Source: Octopus vulgaris
Taxonomy: Eukaryota
DNA: 64,000 nt
Direction: 5' to 3'
Assembly: GCA_951406725.2 (NCBI GenBank)
Contig: OX597827.1
Location: forward strand, 51,212,001 to 51,276,000
The notes under the pieces are model-generated. The model did no database searches and had not been told where the DNA came from. It saw only the letters and a list, made by a program, of their open reading frames with translations. A program made the position numbers and the translations under genes. How positions within the stretch are numbered: the stretch's first letter is position 1; the number at the start of each line of letters is the position of its first letter. Of this stretch, positions 38,523 to 52,949 are shown in pieces.

Positions 38523-39532
38523 TTTACATATATACTTATAGATATACATGCACAAACAGATATATAATAAACATGTCCATCCAAATAGACATGCACACAT
38601 TTATATATACACATATAAATACAGGAATGTACATACATTCACCAAACATCCATATGCACGCACACCCATACATGCATTCTAAACATGGACATGTACACAC
38701 ACATACACAGACAGCAACAAACCCCCATTTGCATAGACACACATATACATGCATATGCACAACTAATACACACACAGCTGATATACACAACTAACACATA
38801 CACCCATATGTAGACACACCCTAGCAAACACACCAGTGAGCTGATGCCATCAGCTCTCACCCACACTCACAGAACAGTGATACATATATAGACATCAGAC
38901 ACTCATATCTATGCACTCATACAGCAGGTATACACACACACACACACACACATGCACACTCACCAGAAAATATTGCACAAAACCTTTTAAAGACCAGCCA
39001 GGCAGCAGGGCTCCAACAACTTTAGGTCCAGCCATGCAGTCCAAGAGATATTTTTTTTAGTATATTTGGTGTTGCTGGAATTTCAGTTCCACTTCTAACA
39101 CTATGTGACCCATCTTGACTAGTAGCAGCCCAGTTTCCAGTAGTTTTCTTGGACTTGCTGCACCTCTCCATTTAGTTAATTGAGTCTGACACCATAGGTT
39201 TCTGTACGGAATCTATGAAACATTAAATTGCATGGAGCCAAATTAAACTGAAATAAGACACACACACAGTGTATTGGGTGCTTTTTTCTTGGCACCGGTA
39301 CCAGAGGGATCACTAAGTCGCTTACAAGACAAAGACCTCTCAGCTGAGAGGGAGTGGAACCAAGGGAAGTGGGTGTGAGCCAGGTGTGAGGTTACAATAT
39401 AACAGAGGGACAGAGATAGTTGTCTTACTATAGGGGAGATGTGTGGATACTCCAATAGGACAGGGAAGAGGAGAGAAAGTGAAATAAATGGACCTATCTA
39501 CAGGGAACAGTGGAGGAGAGTATAATTGGCTC

Positions 39533-39812
39533 TCTGTCAGTTATGACAAGGGTTCCAGTTGATCTGATCAATGGAACAGCCTGCTCACAAAATTAATGTA
39601 CAAGTGGCTGAGTACTCCACAGATACATGTACTCTTAACGTAGTTCTCAGTGGGGTTCAGCATTACACAAAATGTACTGGCCTTCTGAAATACAGGTACT
39701 ACTCATTTGTGCTAGCTGAGTGGATTGGAGCAATGTGAAATAAAGGGTCTTGTTCCAGGAATCAAACTCACAACCTTACGATTGTGAACTAAGTACCCTA
39801 AACATTAATTAG
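39533..39812 (-). mobile_element. SINE family D (tRNA-like head, diverged)
   Basis: Minus strand head ...GTTTAGGGTACTTAGTTCACAATCGTAAGGTTGTGAGTTTGATTCCC, followed by TTCACATTGCTCCAATCCACTCAGCT. Confidence 0.6.
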
Positions 39813-40169
39813 TGTGACTTAACAGGTGAGTACATGTAGTACAGAGGAGATAGAGGGAGATGTTCCATAAGAGTGTGAGGGGAGATATTTAGAGATGGGG
39901 AAGACATGTAGCAAGCGATGGTGAGAGAAAATGGAGTGGCAGAAAGAGCCGGGTATAGTAGATATGTTAGAATAGGGAGAGTGCACAGATAGGTACATGA
40001 GGGAGAGTGGAGAGGCCTGCAGTGGGTGGTGATCATGGTTAGTGAGATGGGAGTATTGGGAAGATGGGTAGTAGGAGTGTTTTGACAGAGGACTGATTCT
40101 GTGTGTATGTGAGAAGGAGAACATGGTCACAAAGGACACACCTGCATGTATGGATGACCACTATTTTAC

Positions 40170-41550
40170 TATTTAACATGTCTTCTCAAGTACAGTAAAT
40201 TACTAGACATTTTGGTCCCTTGTCATTTCCTCTGTGAGGCTCCACATCTGAAGATCCTTTTTCATCACTTCATTCCACATCTTTCCGGGTTTACTTTTTC
40301 CACAATTAGAGATCAGCACTTCTTTATGCAAATGTCCTCATCCATATGCATCACATGATCATACCAGCACAGTCTTCTCTCTGGCACACTACATCTAATG
40401 CCTCTCATACCCAATTTTTCTCTTTTAAAAAAATATCAAAACACTTATGCTCTGTCATACATGCACACTGACATTGCACATCCAGTGGAGCATGCTGGCT
40501 TCATTTCTATCAAGCCTTCACATGCTCCCTGTAGTCATTGCCCATGTTTCACTGCCATGTAGCATAGCTGTTCATACACAGGCATCATACAATCTGCCTT
40601 TCACTCTGAGGGAGGGGCCCTTTATTATCGACAATGGTAGTAGCTCTCTGAATTTTACCCAGCCCATTTTTATTCAGTCAACTACACTTTCAGCATATCC
40701 TCCTCTACTGCTAACTTGGTTACCTAGGTAACAGAAGTTGTCTACTATTTCTAAAGATACCCTCAGACATTTGAGTAGTCTATTTTCTGTGCATTCTTAG
40801 TGTTTATTGTACCTGAACACAAAATCTGCTTTCACTATTAACCTCCTGTGATACCACTGCACCTCTTATTTGTCCATAGTTTGCACTAGGTACACCATAT
40901 AGAATTTCTTCCAACAATTTTTCTATATATCAAGCAGGGCATCTTCCCAAAGGTATTAGTAATTTTTCTGTTCTTCCTACTTACTAGGACCTTGGTCTTT
41001 GCTAAATTAACTCTTGATTCTAGACCTTGCTACCACACCTGAAATTTCTTCTCCAGTTCTGGTAGTGATTCACTTATAAGAACAAGGTCATCAGCATAGA
41101 GCATTTCCCAATGACAGCCAGTCTTAATTTCTTCCATTATATCCTGAAGGACTATGATAAACAAGAGCAGGCTGAGAACCAATCCTTGGTGAACTCCTAT
41201 CTGTACATAAGTTCCTTACTATACTCACTGCTGACTTTCACCTTACTGATGATATACATAGCTTGTAAAGCTCTTCACCAACTGCTAATCTAGCTCTAGC
41301 TTCTGCATTGACCTCCGGATATGTCACCAAAAGCCAAGTACAGATATTTATTCTTGGTAAGATGCTTCTCCTGCAGTTGCCTTGCCAGGAATATCAGTAG
41401 TGCTTCTCCCAGGCACAAAAACCAAACTGCATCTCATTCATCTAGGCTAACTCTCTTCCTAATTAGTTGAGCTTTGACTTTTCTGTAACTTTCATGACTT
41501 GGTCCAGCAATTTGATACCCCAATAGTTATTTCTGTCACCTTTATCTTAG
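40170..41550 (-). mobile_element. Decayed RTE-clade LINE RT region and 3' end
   Basis: Same family as 31371-32113 (LYADDLVLI, GVHQGLVLS, EMQFGFCAW), with many disruptions. Confidence 0.7.
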
Positions 41551-44199
41551 TAGCAGTTGAGTGTAATGCAGCTACACTAGTCGATGGGTATCATGTCCCC
41601 CGTGGACAACTTGGTACATACATGTACACACATTCACACACAAACAAGCATACACATATAAACATATATGTATATACATGTGTGCATTTAAAAATTATTT
41701 AAAAAATATTTTTTGATAAAGTCATAATATTTGAATGATTTCCAATTTTAAAGTACTAATTTATAAAAAAAGAACATCTTTAAAAATACTATTAGCAGAC
41801 ACTACTTAGAACACGTTTATATAAATCTATTTTATTAAAGATTTTGTTTTACATAAGTAGTAATTTTTCATTTAGAAAAAAAGCTTTTCAAATACATACA
41901 TACGCGTGCACGCACGTACACATACTCATACATGTAATATATATACATACACCAATATATACACACGTTTTTAGATATATATCGATAGAAAGAAAGAAAG
42001 AAAGAAAGACGGATAGATAGATAGATACCAAACAGTTGTGTTTTTAACCGAGTGTAATTTTTTAAATGGTGATTGGGTATGCTTGACCATTCTGTTATAT
42101 GTATATATTATGGAATAGCATTTCTTCCATAGGAATGCATTAGCATTTGACAAATGCTAATATATGCTGTGAAGTAATCCCCATAGCGAAGAATCGGTAA
42201 ATTTTACCTAATAATCTACCACCTGTTCATTTTAATTTCCTTTCATGTTATATCAAAATAGTTTATAAAAGTTGAAAGGAACTTCTAAATATTTCTCTTT
42301 GTTGAAAACGAAAATCTAATTTGTTGACAACTGTAGGAGTTTTCAGATACTTAGACATTAAAAAAAAAAATTATGACATAATTTGCTTTGGGGCCTTCAT
42401 TTCCGTAGAAATTAAATCAAATTCTGTTAATCTCTGTAAAGTGATTATCGATATATAGTACATATATATTTTTTTTATCCCTAATTATCCTGACGGATAC
42501 AGATTTAATATGAATAATACACTCTGCGACTAAAAGTCAAGCACTTCAAATCCACAGATTTGAATATACATACACGACCATCCAAGACAAGATGATTTCT
42601 GTGACATCAAACTGGCTACTTTATTCGTAGGACAGAAATAACGAAAATAATTTACAAGCTATATTAGAATAAGGGTAAAATGAAATGCATCTTGTTTTTT
42701 GTTCTATTTTCTTAAATTATTATGTCTTGTCGTTGTTGTTGTTATTATTATTTACTTATTTATTTATTTATTAACATATTTCTACAAAGAAAAAGTCGAT
42801 CGTAAAATTTCCCTATATAATCTTCAGCAGAAACGTTAATATGAGTTGATGTTTTAGTCCGAATAGCAAGAATATGAAACGACGATACATTTTTGGAGAT
42901 TTAAAAAATATATACATAGTTAGAAAGAGGTGGGGAGAGAGAGAGGTACGTTTGTTTAAGAGAAATGATAAGGAAGAGAGACGAGAGGGAACAGGACCAA
43001 GTAAGCATTGACACATCCATACATAATTACACTAATTTTCCTATTCTTTCTCCCACCATCTTCCACATTTCATTATAAACAAAATCGCCACATTAAAAAA
43101 CATAAAAAAAACATAATAAAATAAACAAGAAACAGCAGTGTGAAAAGGGAGAGAAAACCGTTTCAGTTTACCTTTTATAAATAAAGAAATGAATAGTCAC
43201 CACCAACAGTGTAATCGAAGTCATGAGATGACATTGGAATTCACTGGTGATCGTTGAGGGAAAAACTTGCTTTGGATCCCTCACTTTGTATCCGTCCACT
43301 AAACAATGAATAGGGAGCTCACGTAATTCATCGTCTTCGTTCAATATGTGTTGTTACTTTCATTCACGAGTTTTAATATATTTGGGAATAAAATTTCTTT
43401 CTTTCTTATTTTTCCTTTCTTTTTCTTTTTTGTTTTCATTTTAACCGAATATCCCTTGTACTTTACCTAAAGTTAATTCTTTTGGAACATCAAACACTCA
43501 CACGAGACCGGGCATCTGATAATGGACACCTCTTGAACAACCACACCGGAATGTATTTTTTTTAAACCTTTTTTTTTTTTTTTTTCTCCTGTTCCATTTT
43601 TTCACAGTGAAATATTTAAATTTGATTTTCGATAACTTACTTTTCAATGGATGTCCAATTATGAATATTTAATCAATATCTACATCTTGTAATGCAATAA
43701 TGAATATTGGTCATTTTTTAAAAATGATTTTAGTATTTCATTTTATTGAATCTTTACATTTTCTTTCAATGAATAAAATTCAGTCACTTATAGAACGATC
43801 ATTTGCAATCACACACATGTATGTGTGTATATGTATGTGTGCGCGCGCGTGTATATTTGTATATTATATGACCGAAGAGTTAACACGTTAGTTCGGGAAA
43901 ATTGGACGGATGGAAACTGTGCGGAAACCCAGAAGTTTTGTACTTGCATTTCGAAGGACCAACATTGTCACAGAGTCAACCTGATTGTACTTTCAATGTA
44001 ATATCCTTTACCTGATAATTTAATGATCATGTAATTCAGTTGATCAAACAACTGAATACTTATTGTAGGCATCGGAGATCTATTTACTATGTAGCGTTTG
44101 TGTATATCTTACACACACACATGTATAATCACGCACACACACGTTTAGTGTTGACTGTCAGTGGAAAGGAATATTCAGACCAATAATGATTATACTTTG

Positions 44200-44790
44200 G
44201 TCGAATCAGTCTCTTACTACTCTAGCTATTCAACAGAACTGAATATTGCAACAATATACTAACCAAAAAGTGTTTTTCTCAATTATATAAGGTACTTTGA
44301 GAGTACTCCCATCAAGAAACATAGGTCCAAAATCAAAAAGGTGATATGGTTTAACCCACCCTCCTGCACTAATGTATCTATCTATATAAGCGGATGCTTT
44401 CTTACCCTCATTAGAAAAAGTACTTCTCTAGTTCACGCAGATACAGTAAAATATTTAATTAGAATACAGTTAAGGTCAGCCATACCTGCCTTGACAACAA
44501 TTATTGAATCAAAACAAAGCAACCAAAGATATTAACAATTCAAACTCATTGGGCTGTAGTTACAGAGACAGGTCACAATGTCCACTCAAAAATAAATGTG
44601 TCTCTAAAGAATTTGTTTGTAAGGCCAAAGTATATAGCAGTGGAGACACTACCAAAATGTATATTAGGTTGACAGACAACACGTTTAAGGCCCATTTCAT
44701 GCAACATATATACATTTAGAAACATGGTTGAGGAACTCCGTATATTGTTTGGTGAAGTAATGGTGAAGTATCAATACAATAATGGCAATT
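44200..44790 (+). pseudogene. Penelope-like element fragment (linker plus GIY-YIG start)
   Basis: KVIWFNPP...KIFNRNTVK-like...CSYRDRSQCPLKNKCVSKEFVCKAKV...MYIRLTDNTFK. Confidence 0.75.
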
Positions 44791-45056
44791 ATATAATACA
44801 CAAAGCTTTGGTCAGCACGGAGCTCTAATGAAAGAGAATTACTTAATGTGCTGCACAGTGGGACTGGACCCAAGGTAACATGGTTGGAAAATAAGCTTCT
44901 CAACCACACAGCCATACCTATAAAGAAGAGATACATTTTGGATAATATACTCCTTGATACAGTATGCCTAACAAAAAGATGAGATGTTTATGGTGAGAAG
45001 ACCTTTGATTTTAATATTTACTCGAGCAATGTAACAACTAAAAACATTACACTTTA

Positions 45057-45534
45057 CAGGGTGTTCCAGAATTAACTATCAGTTTCAATGAAATTGAGCA
45101 AATTTTTAAAAAACTGACAGAATTTTATGTTTATTACCAAAACAAATAGATTTATAAATCTTACGTCAAACTTTTATTGAAAATTTTTAACAATGTCTGT
45201 ATCCCTGCATACTTCAAATCTCTCCTTAGCATTGTGGAACACATTTTAAAGCATTTCAGGAGTTAGCTCCTGCACAATTAACTGAATGTGTTCTTTAAGC
45301 TCAGCTAAATGATTGCTTCATCATGGAGGTGAAGAAAATGATTGCTGCCAAATTGAAAAGAAAAGCTGTCATGGACAAATAAGAGGAATCCAATAGGAAT
45401 GAAAATGAAATTATAAACAAAATTCAAAATTTATACACTTTTAACACATTTCGAACATGATAAACATAAATGAAAGTGTGTTTTTCAAAAAATGCATCTG
45501 ATTTCACTCAACTTATTAATTCTGGGACACCCTG
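45057..45534. mobile_element. Tc1/mariner non-autonomous element
   Basis: TA-CAGGGTGTTCCAGAATTAA...TTAATTCTGGGACACCCTG-TA. Confidence 0.85.
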
Positions 45535-46068
45535 TATTCACTCGTCCAACTAAACTAAGGAGGGAACACAGGAGTACTAATTGCAGGTGGCGAGCATAGC
45601 TTCCAGAAATGGTCATGCGGTCAAATTCAAATGGCTGTGAGTCACAACAGCAGTGTGCTTTTTGTATGAATATTTTGCATTATGTAGTGCAGACATAGAT
45701 GATGTAGAAAGCAGACATGTTGCTGGGCCATGCTGCATTGTGCAGGATTGGAAACATGAGACATCAACAGGGCACTTCTGGAGAATGAATGAAAGGGTTT
45801 ATTTTGCCTTTACCCAGACACACACACATGCACATGAAGTATCAACAGGATGCTGACAAAAATTTTAATGTTCTTCGCATTTCCTCTACCAAATTGGACA
45901 AAAAGGTTTTCATGAAATGTTATATGCTACTTATAATGCATAAGTAGTGTCCATATTTTATTGTTGGAAAATGGCCTAAAACAAAGATAAAACCCAGTGC
46001 AGTATACTCAAATATAGAAATAGAGAGGCAGAAATAGGTGTCTTGCTATAGAGGAGGTACATGGTTAT

Positions 46069-46099
<31 letters not shown>

Positions 46100-46489
46100 G
46101 ACCAAAGGGAAAGAGAGCAGAAAACAGCAAAAGTGTAAGAGAGAGCAGAAGAGAGATGGTGATGTGCTAGGGTATACTCACAAGTAACAAAAATATGAGT
46201 GTAGAACCTGGTTAGAAAAATAGGGAGTGGGTGTGGGGAGCAGTGACACAGTGAGGGCAAGAAAGAGGATTGGAAAACAATCATAATGTACGAGGAGGAA
46301 ATGTGAGGAAGAGAAACATGCAATTAGAAGAGGAGTTGTAGTTTGATTTCTTAAGATAGAGTGGGTGAAAAGTGTGTAGTTACATGTGGGTGGAACACAA
46401 CTCTTATATATATATTTGTATGTATGTATATATATGTGTGTTTGTGTGTGTATATATATATACATATATACATATATATATGTATATAT

Positions 46490-46675
46490 GTATGTGTGTG
46501 TTTGTCTCCTGTCCCGTCACCACTTGACAACCAGTGTTGGTGTGTTTATGTCCCCGTAACTTAGCAGTTTGGCAAAAGAGACTGATAGAATAGGCTTAAA
46601 AAATAAGTCTTTCAAAGCAGTGCTCCAGCATGGCTGCAGTCAAATGACTGAAATAACTAAAAGAATAAAAGAATA
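46490..46675 (+). mobile_element. SINE family B, 3' half
   Basis: Match to 21545-21761. Confidence 0.75.
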
Positions 46676-46919
46676 CTATAACCAACAGAAAATACTACAA
46701 AATTTTAATGTCCTAGTAAATTTATACTGTAAAGTCTTAACTGATAAAGAATACTATATAACCAATTTAAAATGCAAAACAAGTAATTTTTAATGCATTA
46801 CCAAAATTGCACAAAAGTAAAATTATAAATGATGCCAGCACAGAATCGTCATCTTTCTAAAATGTTCTTTGCCCAAATGATTTATAATTAAGACTAAAAG
46901 TGGGAGGTTCATCGTGAAA

Positions 46920-47290
46920 CCTATCAATTGAGTAATTTCTATGACATTACTGAAACTGTATTGTAAACATATACAAATTTACAAAAGAGATGGCTTTGAT
47001 ATGTTAAATCACCTCCCACGTACAGTGTATGAAGAACTCTTTAAGCTTCATTTAATGCAGTTACCCTGAATATAAATATGCAAGATGAATATGGAATAGG
47101 AGTAATAAATTTTGGCCAAATAAATGTATTCAAGAATTATGAAACCATATAGGTAAAGAATTCTTTTTAGAAAGATTTCAATTTACTCTCATAACAACCC
47201 TCTTAATTTTGGCCAAGCCAAGACAAAAATTTGAAACAGTAATGGGAATAAAGGTAGCTCCTGCATATGCAAATTTGGTAATGGGATAGC
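46920..47290 (+). pseudogene. Penelope-like reverse transcriptase remnant
   Basis: TVMGIKVAPAYANLVMG at ~47236-47286, equivalent to the PLE RT motif GTAMGxxxAPxYANLFMG. Confidence 0.6.
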
Positions 47291-47299
47291 CAACAATGC

Positions 47300-50200
47300 T
47301 GCGGGATGGCAGTGTTATTTCAGAAATATGCGCAATCTTGGTGTGGTCAGGTGGGAAGTCACTGTTCCTGGATATGAACTGTAGTGAACAAGGTGCTCCA
47401 AACTAGAGGCCATCTATACCTCTATAGCAGCAGAACAGCTGGTTTATTCAGACATGTAGCTTTCCTGAAAATGTTCCAGTCACTACTACTAGTAAGGACT
47501 GGAACTGTATGGAACTAGTGCATTGGAGAAGTGGGTGCAAAAGACTCAAAAACCTGCTCATAAATTTCCAACTGGCTGCAGTTACCAGCTAGATTTCCCT
47601 GATGTGCCAGTGTGGACATGAATCAACTACAGTGAGACATCAGCTACACAAACCACAAGTTTGTGAATTTCCTGGTCAATTTAGGTAGGGCCCATAGACA
47701 GGGACCTAGTTACTGGAAGATGAATATATCTTTATTAGCATGCAAAGACTACAGGGACCATATTATGAATTGGTCAAGTAGTAGCTGATGGGAATAATCA
47801 CCAACTTGTGGTGGGTCACTCTGAAGAGGGTGATTATATCGGAATTGATAGCATTTAGCAAAAAACTAGCACTAGAGAGTAGATTCTTCCAGAAGAAGCA
47901 ATTAGTAAACGCATCACAAATCACATTCTTAGTTATAGTACCCCTTGACTATTTATTCAACATAAAACATGAAGGCTGTGTTGTCAGGACTCAGAATCAT
48001 ATGTGGGAAACTGTTTGATGCGCCTAAGTGAAACTGGTGAGAGTTACACGATTTCAAGCAAATGTGTGTGGCATTCCAGGAACACTTTGTTCAACCGTTC
48101 ATAATGGGCAGGATATGGTAGCAGACTTGAATTCCTATCTCAATGACATGCAGTGACTCCTGGCAGAAGACGCAAATCAGCAAATTTGGATGGTTTGCCC
48201 CCTCATGCTTTATGATTTTGTCAGATTGTTTTGGTGAGCTCTTGACAGACATCTCTTGCAAATTGCAGCTGAATGAGAATGAATTGGGGATTTTCTATTC
48301 TTCTATTTTTTTTCTTCAATTTGTTTCAGTCATTTGACAGTGGCCTTTAGTCGAGCAAATCGATTCGATCCCAGGACTTATTCTTTGTAAGCCTAGTACT
48401 TATCGATTCTCTTGCCGAACCACTAAGTGTCGGGGAGTAAACACATCAGCATCGGTTGACAAGCGATGTTGGGTGGGGGGACAAACACAGACGCACACAT
48501 GCATTCATATAGATACACGACGGGCTTCTTTCAGTTTCCGTCTACTAAATCCACTCACAAGGCTTTGGTCGGCCTGAGGCTATAATAGAAGACACTTGCC
48601 CAAGATGCCACACAGTGGGACTGAACCCCAAACCATGTGGTTGGTAAGCAAGCTACTTACCACACAGCCACTCCATAACATATGGTTATGTTGTTGGCAA
48701 AGAATGCTGACAAATTTTGGCCTATAACTTTTTTAAGCATAAAGTTTAAGATTTTGGACAAGGTCATACACGTGCAATTCCAAATAGGTCCATCTATGAC
48801 AACTGATACTTTATGCGACACATCAGAGAGAGGTTTAGGGACAAAGCTGATTTTGGTGGGGCTCTGATCAATCTAGATCAGTAAATGGCATTTGACAAGG
48901 CTGACCATTGCTTCTAGGCAGGCACCCTGAAAGTGAATGAGTTGGAGTACACTTCCAGAGCTGCATTGCTGCAATGCATAGTAGTGCCGATATGGTGGTA
49001 AAAATAAAACAGTTCCTAGGCTACCTCCTCCAGCCTCTTCTGTAAGTACTGGCTCTTGAGCTACTGCTGTGGGAAGATGGAATGGTTGATGGGCATCCCT
49101 TTCAAGCTGTCACCCAGGAGGGCCATGTCACCATAAGTGACTGATGTCACTATCTATGGAAGTGGAGGCAGTCAGCACCATTCTAAAAAAATGAGTTGGT
49201 TGTAAGAACTAAGGTCAATCTGAGCAAGTCACTGAGCATCTTGAGAGGCAGGTCCATGCTGTCAGTGTAGTAGAACACTTGATCAACAGACAAGTTAAAC
49301 TGGCGGTGGAGGTCTGGTTCGCTCCTGACTGCCAGATAGATAGAAAGTGAGATGAGGCGATGACCCCCATCTTACCCAGAAATGGGCCAAGCGGAAGATG
49401 TCTTTGAAATGTCACGCAGATGTAGTGAATGTCTAAATTACCTTCATTGCTTATTGCCTGACCATCGTATCTTGCTCTGATTCCCACCTGATCAGTGTGG
49501 AACATCTGATATTCAATTTGTTGTTGAAAGGATGTGTTTCACAGCCAGGGAGTCTATCAGCTACCAGCAGCCTCTACATGGTGAATTAGGCATGATCTGG
49601 TTGCTGATATGCAGACATGTGCTGAGGCTATACCACTTGTAAAGATTCTTAGATGGTGGACAGGTGTGGGCACCGTTTGAAAGTCATGTGTTTCTGCATC
49701 TTGTCTTATTGACAGAGCTGTGATCCTGGGTGAACAAAGGCTGAGACCGGGTACCTGGCATTTAGAGTGTAGTCTGGCTCTCACAACCCTATACAAGCCA
49801 GGCAACAGGATTGACAGATATTCCACTCTAGCAATTTATAGGGGATAAGGATTAGTGGTGGGAAAGAGTGATGACATTCCTATGGAGACTTTGGGCATTA
49901 ATAAAAATGAACCAATTAGTCTGTTCTGGTTAACTTTCCTATCATGGACTACCAGAAATTATGGGGTTTACTGTGTTACCAGCTTGAGATGCTCTACAAG
50001 CATGGAAGTGCTGCTAGGAGAGCCTGTCCAAGATGTGTGCAACATGACAAAATTATTTTGCATGCTTCTCCAATTTTCTTCAGTTCTTTCCATTCTTTCA
50101 GGCTTTTTCTCCATCCCCTCAACCATTTATTTTTCGCTCCATCCTCTCCCTTTTTTGTCACTTTGATTTCTTCTTGTTTAATGTCTAGATTTGCTGACTT

Positions 50201-50600
50201 GGGGAGTTATGTTGAACAGCTGTTTCACATGTGAGATGGATTCAGTTATCAGTCAAGTCCATCATAATGATTACCTCACTGTCCTCCTCTATTTGATGGC
50301 TAAGCAAAAGAAGTGGTGGGTGAGGCTGAAAGATATGGAGACAGAATTTTCTCTTTGGTAGAGCTCTTATCGATTTTTTCACTTGGAAAGGAAAGTGAGG
50401 GTGAAGGAAAAAGTGCTATCTTTAAGTGAATTTATTGAAAGTGAGTATGGTGAAAACAACAAGAATGGATGAAACCATGCTATATTTATGCCTGTTAGTT
50501 GGAGAGCAGTAATTGGAGAGGGCACTTGCTCTTGGTATTCAGGTAGGTCTTGGATGGTGGAGCTCCTCAATTGGCCCAAGGTCCTCCTGCATCAAGAGGA
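47300..50600 (+). mobile_element. Decayed L1/Tx1-clade LINE, interrupted by SINE B
   Basis: FWPITFLSIKFKILDKVI (cf. NWRPITLLNxDYKILAKxL) at ~48713-48770 and ALINLDQ*MAFDKADH (cf. LDQxKAFDRVxH) at ~48862-48908. Boundaries approximate. Confidence 0.6.
48315..48674 (-). mobile_element. SINE family B
   Basis: Match to 11279-11690. Confidence 0.88.
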
Positions 50601-52779
50601 TAGCATAATCATCTTTTTGTTTTTAATGTTGTATACCATATATACTTACTTTTTAACCAGTTAATTCTTTGTAAACCCAAAACTTTGTCTCTCTTTGAGA
50701 CATAATGTTTTGGAGTTTACACAGAATCTGTTGTCCTGGTGGCAAATTATAGAAATTATCATTATTTTTCTATTTATTTTTTTTTTGGCCAAGCTTCTCC
50801 AATTTTCTTCAGCTCTTACCATCCTTTCACGCTTTTTCTCCCTCCCCTCAACCATTTATTTTTCTCTCCATCCTCTCCATTTTTTGTCACTTTGATTTCT
50901 TCTTGTCTAGCTGCTATTTTCACCCCTCTACTAAAAACACTAATAGTCATTATTCATACTCACAGCCTTAAAATAACTATAGACTCCTGCCTAATTATTG
51001 TTGACTTAATCTTACACTAGCTTACACTTTTTCAGGAAACTAAATGAAAAACTTTCGCATTAAAGAAGGAACATGTCATTTCTCTCCCAGCAGTATTTAA
51101 GAACCCTGTCTACATCAGCAGAAAGATCTTCAATCTCTCCTTAAAGATGTAAATATTTGATAGAGCTATACTAGTTAGGGGCTTCAAAATGAAAATTGCC
51201 AATACACTCCATTTGCCATGCATACAAAAGAAAAGCACAAATATTATATGATTTGCATAATGCTTCATCATATGTAAAAACTTTTTAGCTACCTCAAGCT
51301 TAATACTGGGGGGTGGGGATGAGTCAATTACATCAACCCCAGTGTCCAAGTGGCACTTATTTTATCAACCCTGAAAGGATCAAAGGCAAAGTTGACGTCA
51401 ATGGAATCTCAAGCTTAATATTAATTCTTAGTTGCATTAAGAACAAGATAAATGTAATATCACACATACCCACCATCAAACAAGAAAATACATGCTAGTC
51501 ATGAAACTTAATCCTGCATGGAAACAATACTTAATGAGGCAGAAAAGAATACAGTCGTCAAATATGTTTGGAAATAAAAGCTTCAAACTACAGTATTAAA
51601 TAGAAAATCCTGGAAATTTCCAGACTCTACTAAGCTAAAAGGTGTGATTGATGTTCAGTGGAAGAGACTCTTTAGAAATCTTCATAAACATGACTTCTAT
51701 TTAAACATACAATCAGAGAAATTAGGGAAATGCAGACACTTTGAAAAGCACCTACTTTGCAACAGGGAAGCACCACCTTCAGTCAACAAGAGCCACTGAT
51801 ATGCATTGGTACCTGATATTTTTTCATTTACTTCTTCAAACTTTCCGACTATATTCTTAGTTTCATATTTACCTTTCCTTCCCATTTCCCATCTTTCTGT
51901 TAGCTACCCTTAATATTCCCTTTCTTATTGAACTACATTTAATGGTTTTTGTCTCTCCTCAATTTCATCTTACAATGATTTTCTCAGTAACCTCAGTATT
52001 TACAACGAAAATAAAATAATTTTTGACTGATGAGAATTAGTTATATTATCATGAAACAGAAATTTTAAAAACTTTGGAAAATATTTTAACACCATCTGGT
52101 AACTAGATGAAGACCACAAGGCCAATGGTAATTCTCATAAAAATTAAGTCATCACACACATCAATTCCAAATGTATCCATAAAGACAATTTTTTTTCTAT
52201 CCAATTGGGAAAATACCACATTCACTAGGCTCACACCACCACAAATCTCTATGACAGCAGAACAAACACTACTTTCATTCCTGCCAAGTTAAAAAGTTCC
52301 CAACTTGCACACACAATACCCATATATATATATATAACTATTACACGATTTCTCATGAACCTACTTAATCACAGCATCTATTTACACCAACAAAAAATGA
52401 AACAAATAATTTCAACACCTCAACACACTTCTCCAATTAATTCTTTCCAGTGAATGGGCACTGATAATTCAAGGGATGCAACTTACATTTAAATATTGCT
52501 AAATTACTGCCCCTCCCAAACAAAAATTCATCCACAAGTAACGGTTTTTTCTTTCTCCCATAAAAACCCATATTACCAATGGCTATCTGGAGTAATAACT
52601 GAAGACAGATTGAAGAATGAAGGGGAAAGTGGCAATAGCTTGGAATAATTTTGGCCCGATATGTTTCTTCAGGCATGAAACTTATGTTGTTGTCTCAAAC
52701 ATTATAAGCTGCTAAATATAAAATGTTCATAACTCTTAAATGTATTGGGTAGTTTAATTTGCTAAACCTATCAACAAAT

Positions 52780-52949
52780 GGCAAGAGAGGAAGAGGCCAA
52801 CCAAGAACCCGCTGGCTTGACACCATCAAGAGTGATACCGGAATGGACATAGCCAATCTGAAAGAAGCGGTCCAGGATAGAACTGAGTGGAGGACACTGA
52901 TCCATCGAGTAACCGAGAGTCGACTTCGACTGAGCGGATAGATAGATAG
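52780..52949 (+). mobile_element. 5'-truncated RTE (BovB-like) LINE 3' end
   Basis: GKRGRGQPRTRWLDTIK...LKEAVQDRTEWRTLIHRVTESRLRL*, (GATA)n tail, 10-bp TSD ATCAACAAAT at 52770-52779 and 52950-52959. Confidence 0.85.

Noticed and set aside
52025-52065. CTGATGA...GAAAC motif
   Set aside because: No helix I, II or III pairing and no NUH site in register; chance match.
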